Program-made: the position numbers and the translations under genes
The notes under the pieces: model-generated
What the model saw: only the letters and a program-made list of their open reading frames with translations
Database searches by the model: none
What the model was told of the DNA's origin: nothing
Assembly (NCBI GenBank): GCA_022648165.1
Contig: JALCLX010000003.1
Location: 180,467-244,466, forward strand
From: Ancrocorticia sp.
GTDB taxonomy: Bacteria > Actinomycetota > Actinomycetes > Actinomycetales > Actinomycetaceae
DNA: 64,000 nt
Direction: 5' to 3'
In this document: piece after piece, positions 9,376-18,113 of the stretch
Layout of the letters: every line of letters starts with the position of its first letter
Position numbering within the stretch: position 1 is the stretch's first letter

Positions 9376-10158
9376 TCAGTTTCGATTCGCCCTACCGAGG
9401 GTCTGAATAACGCCAACATCGACGGCGGTTACACCCGCCATCACGCCGTTCGGATCTGCCACAATCGCCAGCGGCTCGTTCGGTTCTCCTAGATCACTCA
9501 CCACCGCTGCGGCTCCGGCGAAGTCATCGCTACCTGTAAAACTCGAAACGGTCACAATGACAGGTATTTGTGCGCCAACTGCGGCCGCGCAGCCCTGGCC
9601 CGAATCTTCAACAGCTACTGCCAGATCCGCAGAAACACCTAACCCACGCAGCGCTTCAAGGTAAATATCCGGTGCCGGCTTCTTTTGTTTCACAATGTCG
9701 CCGGCGAAGATACGCACCCGCGCAGCAACGCCTTCGCCCACCGCCGATTCCAGCACCGCTCGCACTGATGCCTCGGCGGAGGTAGATGCCACTGCCACTT
9801 TCAATCCGGCTGCCAACGCCTCATTGATCAGCCTTGTAATACCAGGGCGTGCCGGAATCTTCCCAGCTTTCACTAGATTCTGAAAGTATCTCGACTTCAC
9901 CTGGTGCCAGCGAGCCACCATATCGTCAGCTGATTCACCTGGCTCCGCATAGCGGGCTACAACGGCATCCGTCACCACACTTCTCAGGCGCTCCTTGCCT
10001 CCACCGATTCGAACGAGGCGCGCATATTCGGCGTCGTCCCAATGGAACGGAAGCCCAAGCTCCTGAAACATCAGGTTGAACGCAACTAAGTGCCCATCGC
10101 GTTCTGTATCGGCCAACACGCCGTCGCAATCGAAAATCAGCGCCTGCACATCAGACAT
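9376..10158 (-). CDS. HAD-superfamily hydrolase (CbbY/beta-phosphoglucomutase-like sugar phosphatase)
   Basis: MSDVQALIFDCDGVLADTE carries the DxDxV nucleophile motif. Start set to ATG 10158. Confidence 0.8.
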   Translation of the reverse strand: MSDVQALIFDCDGVLADTERDGHLVAFNLMFQELGLPFHWDDAEYARLVRIGGGKERLRSVVTDAVVARYAEPGESADDMVARWHQVKSRYFQNLVKAGKIPARPGITRLINEALAAGLKVAVASTSAEASVRAVLESAVGEGVAARVRIFAGDIVKQKKPAPDIYLEALRGLGVSADLAVAVEDSGQGCAAAVGAQIPVIVTVSSFTGSDDFAGAAAVVSDLGEPNEPLAIVADPNGVMAGVTAVDVGVIQTLGRANRN

Positions 10159-10162
10159 CGCG

Positions 10163-11014
10163 TTACACCGCCTTTCCGGCGAAAACGCGCAGCAACGGTT
10201 CAACTGCGGCGCTCACGGCTTCGGCCACGGCGTCGAAAACCGGAAGTGGCTCCCATCGCTCTGCCTCGCGGGCTGATCCCAGATCAGCAAGTGCCGCGCT
10301 CATGTAGGAGCGCTTTATTTGGGTAGAGATGTTGATCTTGCTCACCCCTGCGCCGATAAATGCGCGAAACTCCGCGGCGCTCAGCCCAGTGCCGCCATGG
10401 AGAACAATAGGCATATCGGTGAGGGCGCGAATTTCGGTGACCCGTTCGGGGTGGAGTACCGGATCCGATGTGTACAAACCGTGAGCAGTCCCAAGCTGGG
10501 GCGCCAACAAGTCTGTGTGCGTGTAACGTGCCGTTTCCACCAATTGTTCAACGGAATAGGCATGGCGAGCTTCGTTACTCCCAACGCCATCTTCCACGCC
10601 CAAGATGTTTTCAATTTCAGATTCCACTGCCACGCCGCGCGGGTGGGCCTTCGCAACAACGGCGCGCGTCAATTGCCGTGCCTCATCAAAACCAAGATGC
10701 GAAGCGTCAAAGAGAACCGACTGCCAACCGGCATCGATCACATCGCTGATCAGCTGCACATCTGGGCAGTGGTCCAGATGCAGTGCCAGTGGAACATCCA
10801 CCCGCGCTGCTAAGTCTGAGAACATCTGCGCTATCAAGACCGGGCCGATCGCCTTGGCCGTGCGCGCCGAGATCTGGATGATTGCCGGGCTATGGAGGCG
10901 CGCCGCCGCGGAGATCACAGCCTTCATGCTCACGTAATCGAACACGTTGAACGCGCCCACGGCATAGTGCCCATCGCGGGCCGCCGTGGTGATGTCAAGA
11001 GTCGCCGCTTTCAT
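10163..11014 (-). CDS. class II ketose/fructose/tagatose-bisphosphate aldolase
   Basis: 283 aa. GHYAVGAFNVF..., LHLDHC, VLHGGTG motifs of class II (metal-dependent) aldolases. Confidence 0.85.
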   Translation of the reverse strand: MKAATLDITTAARDGHYAVGAFNVFDYVSMKAVISAAARLHSPAIIQISARTAKAIGPVLIAQMFSDLAARVDVPLALHLDHCPDVQLISDVIDAGWQSVLFDASHLGFDEARQLTRAVVAKAHPRGVAVESEIENILGVEDGVGSNEARHAYSVEQLVETARYTHTDLLAPQLGTAHGLYTSDPVLHPERVTEIRALTDMPIVLHGGTGLSAAEFRAFIGAGVSKINISTQIKRSYMSAALADLGSAREAERWEPLPVFDAVAEAVSAAVEPLLRVFAGKAV

Positions 11015-11055
11015 GCCAACCTCCGTGTTTTGCTTGCGCTACGTTTAATGAAGAG

Positions 11056-11083
11056 ACTATACCGGTCTATACTAGCCGTCAAG
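11056..11083 (-). promoter_or_regulatory. near-consensus promoter for the aldolase/HAD unit with overlapping GGTCTA-type site
   Basis: Minus strand: CTTGACG (complement of 11077-11083), ~15-16-nt spacer, TATAGT (complement of 11056-11061). CGGTCTATACTA within the spacer resembles HutC/DasR-type TGGTCTAGACCA sites (9/12). Confidence 0.45.
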
Positions 11084-11203
11084 GCTCAGCTCTCATTATT
11101 CCGAACGTCAACCAAATTTTGTATGTATTAAGTGCGTAATACTCACAGTGTGCAAAACTCGAAATCTGCCCACGAAGCTGCACAATCACCCTATGCTGCA
11201 TGT

Positions 11204-11902
11204 ATGACCAACGGCGCACTACCCCATCACGTACAGCAATACCAAGGCCGACTAGATACCGTGACTGCACTTTTGCAGCAGAATGCCGATCCTGCGAAGG
11301 CCGACGGCATGCGCGCGTACATGCGAAATCAGTTTCAGTTCCTCGGAGTTCCCACCCCTGCGCGCCGCAAACTGACCCGCCCAGCCATCAAAGAACTGCA
11401 AGCCACTGAATCGATCGATTGGGATTTTGTTGACGCGTGTTGGCAGAACCAATACCGCGAGTTTCAGTACGTTGCGGTGGATTATTTGGCCGCTGTACGT
11501 GAGCGCCTCAAGGCGGGTGATCTGCCGCGCATCAAGCGTTTCATCAAGTTGAAACCGTGGTAGGATACCGTCGACATGTTCGATAGCCTCGTTGGCGACG
11601 TCGCCTTGCGCCATCCTCAAGCTGATAAAACGATGCTCAAATGGAGTACCGACCGCAATATGTGGGTGCGCCGTGTAGCGATTGACCATCAGTTACTGCG
11701 CAAGAGCGCCACCAATACCGAGCTGCTTGCACAGGTGATCGAAAACAACCTGGGCCAAGACGAATTCTTTATCAACAAGGCCATTGGATGGGCTCTTCGC
11801 GATTACTCCAAAACGAATCCTGAGTGGGTACGCGATTTCATTGAACACCATCGCAGCGAACTTGCACCTCTCAGCATTCGGGAAGCCAGCAAGTATCTGT
11901 AG
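11204..11902 (+). pseudogene. DNA alkylation repair protein (AlkC/AlkD-like HEAT-repeat glycosylase family) with in-frame amber stop
   Basis: ORFs 11132..11563 and 11576..11902 are in the same frame. Read-through gives ...IKLKPW*DTVDMFD..., i.e. the family WWDTVD motif with TGG replaced by TAG at 11561-11563. Confidence 0.7.
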
Positions 11903-11959
11903 ATCGTAGCCGTCGCCTTGTAATGGAGGTACGGCTGGCTCTAGCCCAGGTGCGGCTGA

Positions 11960-12009
11960 GGCAGGCAGAACGTGCGGCACCGCGGGCAGGCAGAACGTGC
12001 CGCGGCGCG
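11960..12009. repeat. 25-nt tandem duplication (GGCAGGCAGAACGTGC core identical, tails diverged)
   Basis: Read directly, in the intergenic region upstream of the DUF4190 gene. Confidence 0.85.
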
Positions 12010-12044
12010 GGCGATTCAGCGCACACTATGCGCAACGGACTAGC

Positions 12045-12461
12045 ATGGGACTTATGAATTCGGTGGCCTTTGCGCTCATTGCACTTGTTCTGGTACTACT
12101 CATTTTTGCGGTTATACACGTTGCGGATTCCACGACGAAAGGCCAGATTGCTGCAAGAGAATCTCAAGGCAATATGGTGCCAGTCTATTTCCCGCCCACC
12201 ACGCCAGGCGGGCAGCCAACCGTTGGCTATACGCCACGGCGCCCCACCACGAATATCTTCGCAGTTCTTGGGCTCGCATTTGGGCTAGGCGGCGGGATAC
12301 TCGGTGTGATCTTCGGTTTCATTGCACTCTCGCAGATCCGCAGAACTGGCGACGAGGGAATTGGCATGGCGGTTGCCGGCATCATATGTGGCTCGCTGTG
12401 GATTGTCATTACCATTCTGGTGTTGTTCTTCTACGGGGCAGATTACTCGACGTCAATGTAG
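12045..12461 (+). CDS. DUF4190-type small membrane protein
   Basis: N-terminal TM helix. C-terminal FAVLGLAFGLGGGILGVIFGFIALSQIRRTGDEGIGMAVAGIICGSLWIVITILV is typical of DUF4190. Confidence 0.6.
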   Translation: MGLMNSVAFALIALVLVLLIFAVIHVADSTTKGQIAARESQGNMVPVYFPPTTPGGQPTVGYTPRRPTTNIFAVLGLAFGLGGGILGVIFGFIALSQIRRTGDEGIGMAVAGIICGSLWIVITILVLFFYGADYSTSM

Positions 12462-12483
12462 ATACCCGACCTCCATGTAGGCC

Positions 12484-14235
12484 TCATGCTGCCGCCGCTG
12501 CGCTGCCAATCTCTTCAACGCTCTCCAGAACAACCGCGCGATATTTCGCACGAGAAAGCGCCACATACAGCAGATCGTTCCACACCAAATCGTGCGATTC
12601 AGCCCAGGCGCGCGCGCCGTCACTCACGTCCGTCACTATCACCGCGTCAGCCTCGATTCCTTTGAGCCCGGCGATAGAGCCGTAAGTAGACTGGCCTTTC
12701 CCTTTGCCCACATTGGCTTTGATCCACCGTAGATCCGCGCTGGCGCCTGGCGAGTCTATCTCTCCAGCAACAATTCGAGAAACCAACGATCTACTCCCCC
12801 ACGGGCTCAACACGGCCACGCCGTCGCCACCATACTTCTCCATCAGCATACGGAGGCTTCCTGCCAATACCTCAACTTCCTGTTGTTCTGGTATGCGCAA
12901 CACCTGCGCGGATCCTGGAGTATTTCCGGGCAGACGGTATCCGGTGAAGCCACATCGCGTGCCCAGGATGTCTTGATTCATTCGGGCAAGCTTTGGCGAT
13001 TGTCTGCAGTTGCGGCGGATTCGTGCCAGCACGAGGTCCGGCATTCGCGATTTCATCACAGCGTATGGGTTTACGCGTTCGGCATTACGGCGCATCACTT
13101 GTTGCCGCGCATCCCCCGCAAAAACAAATGTGGCGTTCTGATCGGCTAACGCCTCGATGACATCCAGGATTCGAGCGCTGCCGGCCACGTCTTGAAACTC
13201 ATCTACAACGATCGCTCGGTAACCGCTATATGCCGGATGATCACGCAAGCCAGCCAGCGCTAAACGCGGCAATTCTTCTTGATACCAGGTGTTATCTTCC
13301 CTATGAGCCTCGCCATCAAGCCCGGCCACATGAACCATCAATGAACCGAGATCGCGCACCACAATTGGCCCATGCACAACTGAGGCCGCAGCACGTAACC
13401 GCGATGCCATCTCTACGTTCCAGCACGTCAGAAGTGTGCGTGTACCGCGTTTCGCCGATTCGATGGCAGCTTGCACGGCCAAATAACTCTTGCCGGTTCC
13501 TGCCGGTCCGTCAAAGTACACGGCCCGATTGCCTTCTACGATCTCGAGCGCAAATCGCTGCTCGGCAAGAATCGCAACCTCGCGTTCTTGAGCTTCCCTC
13601 TTCGCATCCTGTTCATCCGCAAAGAAGGAAAAATCGCGAGTGAGCGCTTTAGTGATTGCCTCCACCCGTTCTGGAGTGAGAGCACTTGGCTCCACTTCCA
13701 CTTCTGCGGCCCTGGAATACCACGCGCAAAACTCATCGAGTACGTGCAGGATCGTCTCCGTAGGACGCGCTATGTCGTCTGCCCATGCCAGTTCCCATTC
13801 GAAGAACGAAAGATCAGCTGGTGCGCGCCCATCAAAATGAAAACGCCCAAGCGATGTAAACCACACGAGCCTGGCGAACGGTTCCTTCCCAGTGATCGCA
13901 CCCTCCCGCATCAGATAGCTGCGAATCGATCCCACGGCGCCGTCTACCTGCTTGAACGGGTTCTTCTGAGGATCGGGCACCCGTTCGAGGTACCACTCGC
14001 CGTCACGATACGTCACGCTCTGGGGCGCTTTGGCTTCAATGACGACGACGCCGCGGCCCGGCACTGCCACCACAAAATCGGCTTCACCCATCAATTTGCT
14101 CACATGCCGGCGGATAGGTAGCGAATGATAAACAACCCAATCGTCATGCCCCACGATTCCTGCAAACGCATCAAACAACTTCCGTTCAGATCCGTTGGCG
14201 CCAGCACGGGCTGTGCTAGGAATCATCCGTGGCAT
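12484..14235 (-). CDS. NERD-domain protein fused to a UvrD/AAA-type SF1 helicase
   Basis: NERD-like ...GEADFVVAVPGRGVVVIEAK..., Walker A YFDGPAGTGKSY, VVDEFQDV, C-terminal LYVALSRAKYRAVVL. Start set to ATG 14235, preceded by GAGGAG. Confidence 0.75.
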   Translation of the reverse strand: MPRMIPSTARAGANGSERKLFDAFAGIVGHDDWVVYHSLPIRRHVSKLMGEADFVVAVPGRGVVVIEAKAPQSVTYRDGEWYLERVPDPQKNPFKQVDGAVGSIRSYLMREGAITGKEPFARLVWFTSLGRFHFDGRAPADLSFFEWELAWADDIARPTETILHVLDEFCAWYSRAAEVEVEPSALTPERVEAITKALTRDFSFFADEQDAKREAQEREVAILAEQRFALEIVEGNRAVYFDGPAGTGKSYLAVQAAIESAKRGTRTLLTCWNVEMASRLRAAASVVHGPIVVRDLGSLMVHVAGLDGEAHREDNTWYQEELPRLALAGLRDHPAYSGYRAIVVDEFQDVAGSARILDVIEALADQNATFVFAGDARQQVMRRNAERVNPYAVMKSRMPDLVLARIRRNCRQSPKLARMNQDILGTRCGFTGYRLPGNTPGSAQVLRIPEQQEVEVLAGSLRMLMEKYGGDGVAVLSPWGSRSLVSRIVAGEIDSPGASADLRWIKANVGKGKGQSTYGSIAGLKGIEADAVIVTDVSDGARAWAESHDLVWNDLLYVALSRAKYRAVVLESVEEIGSAAAAA

Positions 14236-14394
14236 CGAGAGCTCCTCACTGAGTGGTGATGGCTTCATCTTAGTGATCGTTATCGCGAATAGGATGACGC
14301 AACTGCGGAAGTACCACTGGAGAACGAGATAATGCTGGCTGTTAGCGCCATAACGAACTATTACGACGGCTATATAAGGCATAAGGAGGTCTTC

Positions 14395-14688
14395 GTGGAC
14401 GTCTCGCTTGAAGCGAAGCAACTAGGAAATTTGCTGCGCCAAAACCGCGTGATTCGCAACTACACGCAAGAAGATCTCGCGTTTTCCGTGGGGGTCTCAC
14501 GCGATACCATCGCACGGCTGGAAAACAACCCAAGCTCCGTAAAAGTAGAGAACCTACTTGCCGTGCTCAAGAAATTCGGATTAGAGAAAGAGACCCTCTG
14601 GGCGATCAATCCTCTGAGCCGCAACATCCCGTCTAACTTCAAGTCGCTCGATCGCAAGCGAATTCAGAGACGAGCTGACCTATGGTAG
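14395..14688 (+). CDS. hipB: XRE-family HTH protein, HipB-like antitoxin
   Basis: LGNLLRQNRVIRNYTQEDLAFSVGVSRDTIARLENNPSSVKVENLLAVLKKFGL. GTG 14395 is preceded by AAGGAGG. Confidence 0.7.
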   Translation: MDVSLEAKQLGNLLRQNRVIRNYTQEDLAFSVGVSRDTIARLENNPSSVKVENLLAVLKKFGLEKETLWAINPLSRNIPSNFKSLDRKRIQRRADLW

Positions 14689-14894
14689 AAGGCGAGTCTT
14701 TCGACGCGCTCTTGAGCATGCATACTGCATTTGGGGCGACTCTATACGAAGCCAAAGAGTCGTTTCGCGCTGTAGCCCACGCATTATCGCGTTGGCAGGA
14801 ATTTGCCGCCACGCTGGGAATTGAGAACACCGATGATACTGTTTTCGTCGAGCGATTTGAGCATGCGAAATCGGAGCTGATGAAGCTCGCGTGA
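14682..14894 (+). pseudogene. hipA: HipA-family kinase toxin reduced to a 70-codon stump (C-terminal region only)
   Basis: ATG overlaps the hipB stop (ATGGTAG), as in intact hipBA pairs. ...EAKESFRAVAHALSRWQEFAATLGI... resembles the extreme C-terminus of HipA proteins. The kinase core is absent. Confidence 0.4.
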
Positions 14895-14956
14895 TCGGCA
14901 CGACGACGGCGCCGCGCAGATCCAGCCGCTGCACCTCGGCTTCCCGCCCTTCCGCA

Positions 14957-15002
14957 ACATCCCGCCCAACGTCAACGAGACGTCCCGCCCAACGCCACCG
15001 AT
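14957..15002. repeat. 23-nt tandem duplication (19/23), TCCCGCCCAACG core, with a further partial copy upstream
   Basis: Read directly, between the hipA stump and the arfB stop. Confidence 0.8.
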
Positions 15003-15061
15003 CCCCAGACCATCTGCACCTCAGCCCGCTATGGCTATGCACAGCCAGCCCTCACCGATTA

Positions 15062-15502
15062 CTAACTGGCACTGGGCCGGCGGCGTTGTGCTTTGATAGT
15101 AGATCTGCGGATCTTTGCCTCGCGGCGGCGGCGGAGCGACGCGCGCGTGGGCCGGGTGGCTCGGCGCACCACCGGCGGCATCACGGCTTCGCGAATTATC
15201 GCGGAGAGTTTCTCTCGCGCTCTTTTCCGGTTACGGAATTGCGAACGGGTTTCCGCAGACGTGATGGTAAGCACGCCGTCGGACAAACGGGAAGAAAGCG
15301 CATGGAGGATCCGCGCACGCTGCACCTCGTCGAAAGCCTGCGAGCGCGTCACGTCGAAACTCAGTTGGACTCGCGAATCCGACGTATTCACGCCCTGCCC
15401 ACCTGGGCCGCTGGCGTGAGAAAAGCGCTCAACGATCTCGGACGCGGGAATGACGATTCCGCGAGGCGCGTCTGGGCCACCTTCGATAAATACGTCTCCC
15501 AT
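15062..15502 (-). CDS. arfB: alternative ribosome-rescue factor ArfB (class I release-factor-domain peptidyl-tRNA hydrolase)
   Basis: SGPGGQGVNTSDSRVQL GGQ motif plus a basic C-terminal tail RRREAKIRRSTIKAQRRR. Start set to ATG 15502. Confidence 0.8.
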   Translation of the reverse strand: MGDVFIEGGPDAPRGIVIPASEIVERFSHASGPGGQGVNTSDSRVQLSFDVTRSQAFDEVQRARILHALSSRLSDGVLTITSAETRSQFRNRKRAREKLSAIIREAVMPPVVRRATRPTRASLRRRREAKIRRSTIKAQRRRPSAS

Positions 15503-16277
15503 AAATCTTCTAGCTCTCTTCTGAATGCACACTGTACGGTTTGGAAGCAATCGGCCCGTCATACTGCGACTCTTGCGGACCAAGCCATCCAATAACGTCC
15601 CGTTGTAATTCCACCATTAATTCGGTGAGTACAGATGTCTAGGAACTGGCTCTATCTATATCAGAACCGCTGGACATCTCCATGAAGTTGTACTGCTCAA
15701 TTTGAATCTGCCGCGGTGGGTTCCGAAGGACACTTGATGGCGATGACGAGACCAACGCCCCCATCAAGCCACGGGAACACTTTGACGGCGACTTCTACTA
15801 TTCAATGAATCGTTCACTCCAGATTTCTCTGATGAAAACAAACTTCCCACGAGCAGGGCGTGTCGCCTTCAACCGTCAGGCCTTCGGCATTGGAAACGCT
15901 CTCTACGCAAAACCGACGAACAACCAAGGCTGCTGCCTATTCTTCAGCACCGCCGTTACCCTCGCTCCCCGCACTTTATGGAATGTCGCTCACCTCGCGT
16001 GCCAGACTTCATCTTGATCGACACGCCACTTAAGGGCTTTCATTGAAGCCTGGACTTCACCGACAAGACTTCAGCCATTGAGTTCCACGGCCAAGCTACA
16101 TGGCCGCTACGGCTACCTGAGTTATGCGTATAACATCGCAGAACACGGACAATCATGACTACTCTTCGACCTTCAGGGTGAACTACAAGCTACTATGGAA
16201 ACTGCTCATAGACAAAGAACTCCAGAAACAGAATCTGCGAAGTCGTCCCCACCGACCTGAAGGGAGAGACCAAGTAG

Positions 16278-18113
16278 ATGACCGCTCAACGCCTGCAGCT
16301 CACCTGGTACAACAAGGACAAGGCTCTCATCCCCACTGAGACCGGCAAGTACGGCTACACGTGGGTTGACCCATCGGATCCGCGTTACTGTGAAACCCAC
16401 ACCCTCGTGCTGGACGACTATGTGCAAGGCAGCCAGACACCGAAGTCTGACGAGTTCGCCTACTCCGAGCGCGCAGACCTGGAGCCCCAGGACGACAACC
16501 TGCTCATCCTCGGCGAATCCGGCGACGTCCTCGAAGCGCTTACCCGCGTTCCCGAACTGGCCGAGAAATACGTGGGTCAGGTGAAGCTGATCTACATTGA
16601 TCCGCCGTTTAACACCGCTCAAACATTCGCCAGTTACGAGGACAACCTAGAGCACTCCATCTGGCTGACGATGATGCGCGACCGGCTACTCCACATGAAG
16701 AAGCTGCTTGCCGATGACGGCTCCATCTGGGTACACCTTGACGACGTGGAGAGCCACAGAATGCGCCTTCTCCTAGACGAAGTATTCGGGCCGCAATGTT
16801 TTGTTGCTGATGTCTCGTGGCTTGCGTCAGATAGCTCCAGCAACAATGCGGGATCCTTTTCCAAGGACAAGAATCAAATTTGTGTCTACGGAAAAAGTCC
16901 GGGATGGAGGCCTCGCCACCTCCCTGATCCGGAGAAGCAGTCACATTATCGGAATCCAGACAAAGACCCTAGAGGCCCTTGGTATGACGGTCGCGACGTA
17001 CAGAACCCCAAAGACCGTCCTGCCCTAAAGTATCCAATCGCAAAGCCCTCTGGCGGTTTATTAGAACCGCCAACAAATGGCTGGCGCTGGGATCAAACCA
17101 CGATGGCCTCCAAAATGGCAACGGGAGAAGTCTATTTCAACGACGATGAGACGGCCTTGAAGAGGAAGACCTACCTGTGGGAGCAAGCAGGTCTTCCGCC
17201 GAGCGATTCGTGGCATTCTGTTGGAAAAACTGGAAGTACTCGAGGAGCTAAGAATCACCTCAAGGTTCTATTTCCCGGAATGCCAACCCCCGAGCTTTTC
17301 GATACGCCAAAGCCAGAAGAATTGCTGGGCTTCATCATGGCCTCATCTACTCACCCAGGTGACATTGTGCTGGATGTGTTTGCTGGGTCGGGGACGACTG
17401 CAGCGGTAGCCCAGAAGATGGGGCGGCGTTGGGTGACGTGTGAGTTGTTGGAGTCGACGTTCACGACGTTCACACGTCCGCGTCTGGAGAAGGTGCTCAA
17501 CGATCAAGACCCGGGCGGGATCACTCGGACGAAGGGCGAACGAGTCGACGCGACGGAAGACGGGCTGCCTGATGGTGTCTCGCCGGAGGACGCCGCGAAA
17601 TTCACGAGCGTGCTCAACAAGCTGATCAAGGACGACCCGGAATTAAAGAAGAGCGTCGAGGTGAAGACACTGAAGGCTGCCTCGAAGACCAGGCGCACGA
17701 AGGAAGTGCTGAACTGGCGTGGTGGCGGTGGCTTCCAGGTCGCCCATCTGTCGCCTGCGTGTTTCGACTACGACCCTGCCCTGGATCGGGTGATGCTGAC
17801 AGCGGCTGCGACCGGCGAGACTTTGATCGCGTCGGTGGCTGCCAACCTCGGGTTCACACTGTTGCACCCGGATGATGACTATATTTTTGATGCCCGCCGT
17901 GGCAATGCCTTGTTGAAGGTGGTGGAGGGTGTCGCCACGACCGAGATCGTTGACTGGCTTGCTTCCCAAATCCAGCCCGGCGAGACAATCGTGCTGGCCG
18001 CCACCACGGTGATGGACGGCGTCCGCCAGCATCTACGCAGACTGGTGAAGGGGTCGCGGGTGGTCGCATTACCCGATGATGTGTTTCGGTACAGCGAAGG
18101 TGGTGACCAGTGA
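16278..18113 (+). CDS. mod: Type III restriction-modification methyltransferase (Mod; N4/N6 beta-class)
   Basis: 611 aa. LTWYNKDKAL N-terminus, IYIDPPFNT (DPPF nt 16599-16610) upstream of LDVFAGSGTTAAVAQKMGRRW (FxGxG). Variable middle region acts as a TRD. Confidence 0.85.
   Translation: MTAQRLQLTWYNKDKALIPTETGKYGYTWVDPSDPRYCETHTLVLDDYVQGSQTPKSDEFAYSERADLEPQDDNLLILGESGDVLEALTRVPELAEKYVGQVKLIYIDPPFNTAQTFASYEDNLEHSIWLTMMRDRLLHMKKLLADDGSIWVHLDDVESHRMRLLLDEVFGPQCFVADVSWLASDSSSNNAGSFSKDKNQICVYGKSPGWRPRHLPDPEKQSHYRNPDKDPRGPWYDGRDVQNPKDRPALKYPIAKPSGGLLEPPTNGWRWDQTTMASKMATGEVYFNDDETALKRKTYLWEQAGLPPSDSWHSVGKTGSTRGAKNHLKVLFPGMPTPELFDTPKPEELLGFIMASSTHPGDIVLDVFAGSGTTAAVAQKMGRRWVTCELLESTFTTFTRPRLEKVLNDQDPGGITRTKGERVDATEDGLPDGVSPEDAAKFTSVLNKLIKDDPELKKSVEVKTLKAASKTRRTKEVLNWRGGGGFQVAHLSPACFDYDPALDRVMLTAAATGETLIASVAANLGFTLLHPDDDYIFDARRGNALLKVVEGVATTEIVDWLASQIQPGETIVLAATTVMDGVRQHLRRLVKGSRVVALPDDVFRYSEGGDQ

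Noticed and set aside
16124-16339. A 71-aa ORF whose middle (VNYKLLWKLLIDKELQKQNLRS) resembles the start of a small XRE/Cro-type regulator, possibly a C-protein controlling the R-M.
   Set aside because: The HTH-like part stops after one helix, the remainder is non-protein-like, and the ORF runs into the mod start. It is treated as a remnant, not a gene.
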